In this document: positions 10,325 to 19,700 of the stretch, one piece after another
How positions within the stretch are numbered: the first letter of the stretch is position 1
Layout: every line of letters begins with the position of its first letter
Assembly: GCA_050175015.1 (NCBI GenBank)
Contig: JBFXJJ010000004.1
Span: 32,001-96,000 of the forward strand
DNA: 64,000 bases
Source: Alphaproteobacteria bacterium
GTDB lineage: Bacteria > Pseudomonadota > Alphaproteobacteria > JBFXJJ01
Direction: 5' to 3'
The notes under the pieces: model-generated
The model's input: the letters and a program-made list of their open reading frames with translations, nothing else
Database searches by the model: none
What the model was told of the DNA's origin: nothing
Made by a program: the position numbers and the translations under genes

Positions 10325-10428
10325 TATAAAAACTCCTAAGTTTTAAAAAATACTTACTTATAAAAAAGAAACGGCTTTGCTTCTTTTTATTTAATATGAT
10401 TATTAAGAATCAATATCAGGGCTAAATA

Positions 10429-11397
10429 TTAGGTTACTTCGGTAACAGCCCTTAGGTTACCTTCGCGGTTAATCTGCACAACTCTGAGTTTTTCTCTCAT
10501 TTCAGCAATAGTTTTTACTCTATCAATCGTAGGGTACGTGTGCAAAATACGATCACAAAAAGCCTTATAGGCCTGCTCTGAACTTTCGGCGTGGATAGTT
10601 GCAAAACAGTTATCGTGACCAGAACCCATAAGTTCCCATAGCGCTCCGGCGTTAGCCGTTGAAATTTCACCGCCGATAATAGCATCAGGAGTAAAACGCA
10701 CTATAAGGTCAATAACTTTAGCATAGTTTAAGTTGTTTGTCTGCTCTGTTCTGGAAAGAACAACGTGAACTCTATTTGGATGGGGAACAATAAGTTCCCT
10801 TGTATCTTCAACTGTTATAACCCGTTTATGAATATCAAGTATCTTCAAAAGATTGTTTAAGAATGTGGTTTTACCTGTTGCCGTAGCACCACTGACTAAA
10901 ATGTGATCGCCACGCTTAATAGATAAGAGCAGTCTTTCATAAGGATCGTCTGGCATTTCTATTTCTTTAAGAGCATTAATACGGTGAAGTCTTTCGCCTT
11001 GTCTTAAACCATAATCCTGCAAACCAAATGCAACATCGTCGGCGTGAACACGAATAGCTAAAGAAACACCGCCTGTTAAATCCTTATTATCATACATTAC
11101 GTTACGGCCGCATATCGCAGAAAAACGGTGATCTCCAGGCAATGTCGCATACAGCACAGGAGTTCCTCTTTCTGGATCAAAATCAAGCTCATATGTATTA
11201 GCAATAATATGGAGTAAATCATTTAAATAGGTACGAGATAGTTTGGGGTCTTTCTGACAAGCCCAAGGATGCGCTCTTTTACCTCTAAGTCTAAGCCAAA
11301 TCTCTCCAGGACAATTAATTGCGACTTCTTCAACATTATCTTGGTTATACCAATATGAAAGATTACGTAGAACAGATTCTAAAACAAAAAAAGACAT
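10429..11397 (-). CDS. virB11: VirB11-family secretion ATPase
   Basis: Walker A GATATGKTT, Asp box VEDTREL, Walker B region RFTPDAIIGGE and His box SGHDNCFATIHA; directly follows virB10. Confidence 0.85.
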   Translation of the reverse strand: MSFFVLESVLRNLSYWYNQDNVEEVAINCPGEIWLRLRGKRAHPWACQKDPKLSRTYLNDLLHIIANTYELDFDPERGTPVLYATLPGDHRFSAICGRNVMYDNKDLTGGVSLAIRVHADDVAFGLQDYGLRQGERLHRINALKEIEMPDDPYERLLLSIKRGDHILVSGATATGKTTFLNNLLKILDIHKRVITVEDTRELIVPHPNRVHVVLSRTEQTNNLNYAKVIDLIVRFTPDAIIGGEISTANAGALWELMGSGHDNCFATIHAESSEQAYKAFCDRILHTYPTIDRVKTIAEMREKLRVVQINREGNLRAVTEVT

Positions 11398-11416
11398 TTT
11401 TAACCTCCATTAAACG

Positions 11417-14400
11417 CTAAAATAATTCAACGCTTTGACTTGCTGACGGAGCTGGCGCTGTTGTTTTGCTACCAGCTGTAGTTCCCTGTTGCCCTGTGGC
11501 CTGAGGAGTTGTCGTGGTTGTCGACGACGAAGGCCCTGGAGGCGGAATATAAGGCGTTACAACTTGCTGCTGAGTACCATCTTGGGCTCGTGGCTGAACG
11601 TCCATATCAAGCGTTCTTCTATCAAGTCTTTCTTCTTCTTCCTGCTTATCTCCAAAGAGACGGCTCTTACCATCATCAGTAACTCTAGATTCATTATATT
11701 TTGTAATAAGTTCTGTTGCAGCTGTTGCCGCATCCTTAAGCCATAAATCTGTTCCTGGGAATACCGTAAGTCTTGTACCTGCTGGGATAAACATAACAAT
11801 ATCCAAATTGCCAACATCTTCCAGAATATCGGTAAAAATTTCGTTGAATTTTTCTTTAAAGTCATCACGAGCATCATTCGCGGCTTCAGCTTTAGCCGAT
11901 AACGTTGTTACACCATCTGAAGTTGACGTTTCATCATCTGTAGTTAACAAATAAAGAACAGCACCACTGCCAATAGATGATAACAAAGGCAAACCATAGC
12001 GTCTAACAATCTGTAAATCCACATATCCTACAACACCACCGCGTCCTTGAGCATCACCCGATACCGAACCTTCTAAATCAAACGCAGCCCCATCTGGCCT
12101 TATAAGTCTTGACCACGTAATTTGGACTTTAGGTGAAGCCTTAGAGTTAGTGTCAGCACCAGAGACCTGCCCCATTAAACGGCTTCCAGATGGTATGACA
12201 ATATTGCGGCCATCATCACCATAGATATTTCTCTCAACTACAGCGGTTACAGGCACAGGATTTCGAGAATCATACGCTCTTACAAGAACGGCTGGAATAG
12301 GTTTATCGGCAGCAATCATATTGCTTCGGTCAACAGGAAGTGTAGACATAGCCTTGCTCCACTGCAAATCAGACCAATCTATACCTTTTCCCTGTTTTAT
12401 TGCTTCTAAGCGTTTTATAAGTTCTTCATTCCCTCTGTCAAAGCTTGACGGAATATTTGCAGGAATAGCCTTTGCCATTCTTGCTTGCTGCATTCTTCTA
12501 AGAAGCGCTAAATTGTCATTACTATATCTTTCTCCTGGTCCAAAACCGCCGCCTGGACCAAGATAGCCTCCAGGTCCCTCGCCTGTACCGTAAAGTCCCC
12601 CATTGCCAGTTGTTCCTTTAGGAACAAAGAAACCATCTGTTTTTTCTTCCTCGTCTTCAACAACTATGGCTTCTTTATCTTTAAATTTTTTACGGTCTTC
12701 TTCCAAAGCTTCTTCGACATCAATTTTTTCTTTATAGCCATACATCAGTTCTTCAGGAATAACTTCTGGAAGAGGAAGATTGCGCCAGTCTCTTCTGATA
12801 TAGCCCATAAGATTATTATCCTTATCGAAAGCCTTACCTTCCTGATTGACACTACCTATAATCATATTGTTAACATCAAAAACTGCATTCTTAGCATTCA
12901 TAATACCAACATAACGATTTTGTAAGTCTCTAACAAAATTATCGGGATCGGCGAAACCTTGAACCACATTATCATTATCGCCAAAAAGACCATTAGGATA
13001 AACCCTGCCAATTACGCCACCATTATAACCTATAACTTGGCTATCAGATCTCATAATACCTGCAATTCTTCCTGATTTATCAAATATAAATAGACCTTTA
13101 TCCAAAGAACCTGCGATTTTTTGGTCTTTATCTAGAATTAAATCATCTTGAGGTTCACCCAAAACATCACCTGCTTGATTTTCTGGCTTATTATCAAAAG
13201 AATAACGTCCAACTATAGTACCAGCAGCGTTTCTTATAACTCTATCGTTATAAACTGCGCCGATGGTTTTGCCAGACACATCTATTACTAAACCGTCAGG
13301 AAGAGCTGTTCCAACAAACTCATCTTTATCATTAACCGTTCTTCTATCAGGCAAAGCCTTTGCTACCCAATCGCCTCGAGCATCAAGAACCCTCCAGTAG
13401 TTACCCTCTTTTACTGGCGGTTTTGTGCCTGAGAAATAACCAATAATACTTCCTTCAAGATCGATAGCAACACCATCATAATTCAACTTGCCGATAATCT
13501 TGCCAAAGTCATCTCTAACCCACCGGTCTCCACCAGCTAAAACTTCACCAACAACCTCTTGTTTGCTGTTAATGACAACTTTATCTGCCCTTGCCTGTCC
13601 TATAATAATATTAGTTTTAGGTTCAATAACAGTACCATCAAGCAAATGCACACCGATTACTTTTCCCGTTGGGTCTAAAACAAAGTTAGTATCTGCAAGC
13701 TTTTGTTCATCAACAAACAAGTTTGATTTATAAATAACGTTTTCTACTTTATTATAAGCAATATTATCTTTCTTGCTTATAAGATGTCCTATTATGTTCT
13801 GCTCAAAATCTAGAACAGTACCGTCATTTTTAATCCGTCCTATTTCTTTATTATTCAAATTAACCACAGTGCCATCAACATTGGCTATTCCAATAATTTT
13901 CTTATCTTGATTAATGATATACCCATTAAAAGCAGTTGTTCCGATAATCTTTTTATTATGATCTACAATATCGCCACTGAGCCTTACATGACCCATATTT
14001 TTGCCATGTTCATCAAAAACATAGCCATCTTTCTTGATTTCACCTATAGTTTGGCCTAATTTATCAATAGCAAGACCACTTGGAAGAAGCTGACCAACAA
14101 TATTATTCTCGGCATTTCTAATGTTCTTCTTATCATAAACAGCGCCAATAATACGACCGTCAGAATCTAATACTGTACCATCATATTGAACCTGTCCTAT
14201 CTGCTTCTTGTCAAGATCATAGGCTTTCCCATCAGCGGTTATTCTTCCAAGAATTTCATCATCTCGGTCTCTAATTAAGTCATCAGATATAATCTCGCCC
14301 AACAGAAAATTATCATTATCAACAACACGATTATCGGGCATAATTTTACCAATATCTCTTAGATTATTATCTAGAACTAAGCCGTTAGAAAGCATTCGTC

Positions 14401-16699
14401 CAATCAAGTGCCCTTCAAATCCTAAGGCTAAAGCGCTTTGAATAACCCTGCCAATTACTTTTTTTTGCCCATCTATAACCGTTTTATTGGGAAGCGTTCT
14501 TCCTATAATGCGGCTTTTATCATCAACGACATCACCATTATAAAGAACCCGTCCTAAATATTCCGTATCAAGACCGATAACATCACCTAATGGCACAATA
14601 GAACCGACAGGTTCAGTCCTAGAATCAAGAACAACACCGTTTTTAACAACACAGCCAACCACTTCGTTTTTAGCTATGTTAATAACTTTGCCCGAAGGAT
14701 TAGCTACACCAATAACTTCACCATTATCATCAATAGCTATGCCCTTTTCTAAATAAGAGCCTATTACCAACCCCTTATTATTAACGACTTCCTTATTCTG
14801 CAAAACCCGTCCAATGTTGATTCCTCTACGGTTTTTTACACCGCCATCAGTCTCAATAACACCAAGTAAATCGCATTGATCACTTACCGCTTGTCCAAAG
14901 GGAATGACACTTGCAATTAATTCACCATTGTTATCAATAACATTGTTATCGTCGATTACACGCCCAATAGAATATCCTGAGGGATCTACTACAGAGCCAT
15001 CTAACCTTAGACGACCGATAACTTTTCCACCTTGGACAACAATTCCATCTTGGATAACTCGCCCAAGTACAGGCATAAAATAATCTGATTTTCCTTCTTT
15101 GTATGCCACGACCGAATTATCTGCCAATATTTTAGCGCTTATTTCGCGCTGATTATTTAAAATATTGCCGTCAGGCATAACAGAACCAATTGTGTAGCCT
15201 TTGTTATCAACCGCGAGCCCGTTTTCTACCACCTTGCCAATAAATTGTCCCTTGGAATCAAAAACGTTGCCATACCATAACGCTTTTCCTAATTCTTTAT
15301 TGTCATTGGTAACAACCCTGCCGTTTTCTAAGACTCTACCTATTAAAGCTCCATTAACGCCTATAACATTGTTTTCGTGGATAATACTGCCCTTAACCGC
15401 TCCCGTATCATCAAAAACTATCCCAAAAAAGCTTGTTTTACCCAATTTAGCGTTTTTCTCTATGTAACTGCCATCAGGAGCAACCTTATCAACAACACTG
15501 CCATCTAACCCAACAATAAGACCTTCATCAAGAACCCCGCCAAGCATCTTACCTGTGCTATCAACTGCCATTTTATTAGGATTAGCAACACCTATATTTT
15601 TTCCTAAATAATCAGAAACACTACTATTGGCCATAACATGGCCTTTAATATTCCCGACAGAATCAAAAACAATACCTTTCGGCGCAACACCACCTTTAAT
15701 TGCTCCTTGGGTATCCATCATCAAACCATTAGGCAAAACACTTCCTACAATTTTTTTATTGGAATCAGCCACATTGCCATCAGGCATAACTTGCCCTATG
15801 AATTCACCGTCAATATTAACAACTACAGCTCCTTCTCTAACCAAAGTTCCTAAATAGTTGCCTCTTTCATTAATAACGTGCCCCCTAGGAAGCACACGTC
15901 CAATGCTTATTTCTTCATTACTTATTACTTGGCCATCTATCCTAGCTCTGCCTAGGTATTCTCCTCTGCTTGACAGAGCAAAACCTAACGGCATAAGCTC
16001 ACCAAAGACCTTGTCTTCAATCGATTTAGCAGTGTTAGCAAAAACCATTTTACCAACGATCTTGTTATCTGATGATGTAATAGAACCGTCAGGCATAATC
16101 GAACCTATAACATCTCCGTTATAAGATGCGACAGTTCCTTGATAAAGAATGCTTCCTATGGGCAAATCAGCTTCAACCTCAACAGGTGACTTACGATAGA
16201 CAGTACCATCAGGCATAACATAACCAGTTTTAATACCTCGATTGTCAACGAAATCACCCTCAGAAATAACTCTGCCAATAACTTCACCAAAACTATCAAT
16301 TACTGGAGCTGGTTTTATAACCCTTCCTATAATATTGTTAGCCTTGTTAAAGACCGTACCATCAGGAGCAGCTTTTCCAATATTTTTGCTGGTTTTAGAA
16401 CTAACCGTGCCATCAGGCATAACTCTTCCTAAAACTTTTCTATCATTAGCAATAACAACACCTTGAGAAAGCAGCCCGCCTATAATTTTTTTGCTTTTAT
16501 CGATAACATATCCATCAGAAAGGAGCATACCTATAACGTCTTCATTATTATCAATGACAACACCATCAGGCATAACATAACCAAGAAAACTACCATCTAA
16601 AGCAACAACGGAATCTTGATTAGCGCAGGCAATATTAGAGCGCAAGGTTAGCATCAAGCCAACCATCAAAAGCACCAATTTTGCCCTTAGTATCCTCAA
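11417..16699 (-). CDS. virB10: Giant VirB10/TrbI protein: signal peptide, ~1250 aa of beta-hairpin repeats, C-terminal VirB10 core
   Basis: C-terminal IPAVLVRAYDS...VTAVVERNIY...VIPSGSRLMG...ITWSRLIRPDG...GDAQGRGGVVGYVD...IPAGTRLTVF. N-terminal region consists of DGxVxDxxGxxIGxV repeats. Confidence 0.88.
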   Translation of the reverse strand: MRILRAKLVLLMVGLMLTLRSNIACANQDSVVALDGSFLGYVMPDGVVIDNNEDVIGMLLSDGYVIDKSKKIIGGLLSQGVVIANDRKVLGRVMPDGTVSSKTSKNIGKAAPDGTVFNKANNIIGRVIKPAPVIDSFGEVIGRVISEGDFVDNRGIKTGYVMPDGTVYRKSPVEVEADLPIGSILYQGTVASYNGDVIGSIMPDGSITSSDNKIVGKMVFANTAKSIEDKVFGELMPLGFALSSRGEYLGRARIDGQVISNEEISIGRVLPRGHVINERGNYLGTLVREGAVVVNIDGEFIGQVMPDGNVADSNKKIVGSVLPNGLMMDTQGAIKGGVAPKGIVFDSVGNIKGHVMANSSVSDYLGKNIGVANPNKMAVDSTGKMLGGVLDEGLIVGLDGSVVDKVAPDGSYIEKNAKLGKTSFFGIVFDDTGAVKGSIIHENNVIGVNGALIGRVLENGRVVTNDNKELGKALWYGNVFDSKGQFIGKVVENGLAVDNKGYTIGSVMPDGNILNNQREISAKILADNSVVAYKEGKSDYFMPVLGRVIQDGIVVQGGKVIGRLRLDGSVVDPSGYSIGRVIDDNNVIDNNGELIASVIPFGQAVSDQCDLLGVIETDGGVKNRRGINIGRVLQNKEVVNNKGLVIGSYLEKGIAIDDNGEVIGVANPSGKVINIAKNEVVGCVVKNGVVLDSRTEPVGSIVPLGDVIGLDTEYLGRVLYNGDVVDDKSRIIGRTLPNKTVIDGQKKVIGRVIQSALALGFEGHLIGRMLSNGLVLDNNLRDIGKIMPDNRVVDNDNFLLGEIISDDLIRDRDDEILGRITADGKAYDLDKKQIGQVQYDGTVLDSDGRIIGAVYDKKNIRNAENNIVGQLLPSGLAIDKLGQTIGEIKKDGYVFDEHGKNMGHVRLSGDIVDHNKKIIGTTAFNGYIINQDKKIIGIANVDGTVVNLNNKEIGRIKNDGTVLDFEQNIIGHLISKKDNIAYNKVENVIYKSNLFVDEQKLADTNFVLDPTGKVIGVHLLDGTVIEPKTNIIIGQARADKVVINSKQEVVGEVLAGGDRWVRDDFGKIIGKLNYDGVAIDLEGSIIGYFSGTKPPVKEGNYWRVLDARGDWVAKALPDRRTVNDKDEFVGTALPDGLVIDVSGKTIGAVYNDRVIRNAAGTIVGRYSFDNKPENQAGDVLGEPQDDLILDKDQKIAGSLDKGLFIFDKSGRIAGIMRSDSQVIGYNGGVIGRVYPNGLFGDNDNVVQGFADPDNFVRDLQNRYVGIMNAKNAVFDVNNMIIGSVNQEGKAFDKDNNLMGYIRRDWRNLPLPEVIPEELMYGYKEKIDVEEALEEDRKKFKDKEAIVVEDEEEKTDGFFVPKGTTGNGGLYGTGEGPGGYLGPGGGFGPGERYSNDNLALLRRMQQARMAKAIPANIPSSFDRGNEELIKRLEAIKQGKGIDWSDLQWSKAMSTLPVDRSNMIAADKPIPAVLVRAYDSRNPVPVTAVVERNIYGDDGRNIVIPSGSRLMGQVSGADTNSKASPKVQITWSRLIRPDGAAFDLEGSVSGDAQGRGGVVGYVDLQIVRRYGLPLLSSIGSGAVLYLLTTDDETSTSDGVTTLSAKAEAANDARDDFKEKFNEIFTDILEDVGNLDIVMFIPAGTRLTVFPGTDLWLKDAATAATELITKYNESRVTDDGKSRLFGDKQEEEERLDRRTLDMDVQPRAQDGTQQQVVTPYIPPPGPSSSTTTTTPQATGQQGTTAGSKTTAPAPSASQSVELF

Positions 16700-16702
16700 A
16701 TA

Positions 16703-19700
16703 CTATCTCCTCAATATACTTGAAAGCTGCGTAACAATTCGTCCTTCAACTTTGCCTTCTAAGTTAACAAAAGTACCATCACCTCTAATTAGTCCCACAT
16801 TCTTGCCGTCACTTCTTGCAACAGAACCATCGAGCATTACTCTTCCTATAATCTTGCCGTCTTGTCCCATAACAACGGAACCAATAGGGAGAACTCCACC
16901 AATGACGTTTCCAATAAGATTAACCACGGTATTATCAGGTAGTGCTCGACCAATTATATTATTATTAGTATCTATGATTTGTCCATTTATTCTAACAATT
17001 CCAATAACTTTTCCCTCAGCATCAATTGCCATACCTCTGTTTATAACTTTACCAATAACCATATTAGTTTCAGTCATAACCATACCATCAGATAAAACCT
17101 TTCCTATCTCTAGCCCCTTTTTATCAAGGACTGAGCCTGATGGCGTTGCAATACCTATAATCTCTCCGCCGTGGTCAACAACAACACCTCTTGGCATTTT
17201 AAAACCAAGATTATCCATAACAACCCCGTTAGGAAGCATTGTGCCTAATTTGTTGCCTATTTTGCTAACAGCATTACCATCAGACAAAATACGGCCGACA
17301 ACTTCACCATCAGTATCTATCGCTATTCCTTCTTCAACAACTTTTCCAATAATCTGCCCCCTGTTGCTTAGAACTATACCGTCAGGAGCAACAGAACCAA
17401 CAATCATACCATTAGGATTTACAACCATACCATCAGACAACGCATTACCTAAATATATGCCATCGGCTCCAATTACAACTCCCTTGCTGACGACACCGCC
17501 GATTATACTGCCATCATTTTGCAAAACCAAACCATCGGGCAGAACTCTCCCCAAGACCTCACCTTTGCGATTAACAACCTTGGCATTATAATTTGTAACA
17601 CCATATAAAGATGTATCCATTTTAATCGCTGTACCATACAACGTTGGTTTGCCTATTATACCTCTATAAAAACCCAAACCGTCGCCATAAATACTGCCTA
17701 TTTTTATTCCCTTTTTATCATAAACCGTTCCATCAGCTAAAAACTGACCCAAAACTTCGCCATTAAAGTCAGTGATATAACGGCGGCTTTCGATAAAACC
17801 TCCTAAAGCCTCACCTTTTTCATTAATAATGGTACCATCAGGCATAGTTCTCATAACACCATTGCCAGTAGCTTCACCTATCTGACCATCATCTTTAAGC
17901 CCGCCAAGCGCTCTGCCGTCAGACGTAAAACCAAAGCCATCTTTTAAAACTCGGCCTACATACGCACCATTTTTAGCAAAGACATCACCTTCAAAGTTAG
18001 CACAACCTAATTGTTCTTGTTTCTTATTTTCGACAATCCCATCTTCCCTTACTTTGCCAAGAACAACGCCATCAAGTCCTACCGCAACGGCACCTTTGTC
18101 AACGACACCACCGATTATATCATTATTATGATCAGTTACGGATCCATTAGAATTTACACAACCTATAACATCGCCTTTTTCATTGTATACCTTGCCATTA
18201 ACCCTAACATCTCCAATAACACGGCAGCCAACTGCAACAACTTTGCCCATAGGCATTAAGGAGCCAAAATAATTGCCAGACAAGTCTTCTGCTGTGCCAT
18301 CAAATAAGATGCGCCCTACAATTTTAGCTTTTTCTCCTATAATTTCGCCATTATCGTTAACAACACCTCGCATATCACAGCCCATATCAACAACAGGCCC
18401 ACCAGAAACAGCTTGTCCCACAACTTGTTCATTAGAATCTAAAATAGCGCCATCATAACGAACACGTCCGATGGTTGCATTTTCACGATCATTAACTCTT
18501 CCATCAGGCAAAATGCGGCCAACAAATTTTCCTCCTGGACCTATAGCTATACCTGTTGGAGCTAAACCTCCTATAATTTGCTTATCAAGTCCAACTATTC
18601 TGCCGTCTGGAAGCATATTGCCTATTATATTGCCTTTGCCATCAACGACATCGCCATTTTCTAGAACCTTGCCAATAATTTTACCATTATCGTCTCTTAC
18701 TATCTGTTCGTCTTTTTGAGTATGACCTATAACACTTCCATCTAAATCGACTATAAGACCATCTTTATCACGCTTGCCAATAACATTGCCATTTAAATCA
18801 ACCACATCGCCATTTGGCATAACCCTTCCTATAAGTTTGCCATTTTCATCATAAACAGGAGTTCCAAGACAAATGCCGCCAATAACTCGACCACGAGTAT
18901 CTACAATCTTGTCATCTTTTCTAACCGCTCCAATAACATTACCCTCGAAATCGACAACAGAAGAATCTGCTTTAGCTGTTCCTATAACTTGGTCGTTTAA
19001 GTCACACGCAAGCCTATCTTTCATATCGAGATATCCGATAGCATTGCCATCTAAATCAACAATGCTTCCATCAGGCAACATTTTACCTATGACATTACCA
19101 TCTAAATCGACAACAGTTCCGTCAGGAAGAACTCTGCCAATAATATTGCCATTTACATCTCTTACAAATTGGTCATCAGCACCAAGCAACCCGATTTCTT
19201 CGCCATTTAAACCGACGACTTTTCCATTAGGCAGAACTCTACCTATAATATTGCCATCAGGGTCAAAAACAAACTTCTCGTTACCATCAACTTGCCCAAT
19301 AACATTGCCATCTAAATCAACAACCGTACCATTAGGTTTCATATTGCCTATAATATTGCCATTCATATCAAGCACTTTATTATCAGGCCCCAATCTGCCA
19401 ATAATATTGCCATTTAAATCTCTGGCATAATCTTGACTTCCTATTCTGCCAATAATGTTGCCATTCGCATCAACTACCGTACCGTCAGGAAGCAATCTCC
19501 CAATAACATTGCCGTTAGCATCAACCACTGTACCATCAGGCAGCGCCCAACCTATAATGTTACCGTTCTCATCATATATTGGAATTCCTAATCGGCCAAT
19601 TTCTTTGCCATTTAAATCAACGACAGAACCATCATCATTAGCTTTTCCTATAACCTTGCCGTTTAAATCCAAGGCTGTTCCATCAGTTAAAACCCTGCCT

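Noticed and set aside
10429-11397. TadA/CpaF pilus ATPase call
   Set aside because: It is short and lies after virB8-virB9-virB10, with no tad genes nearby.
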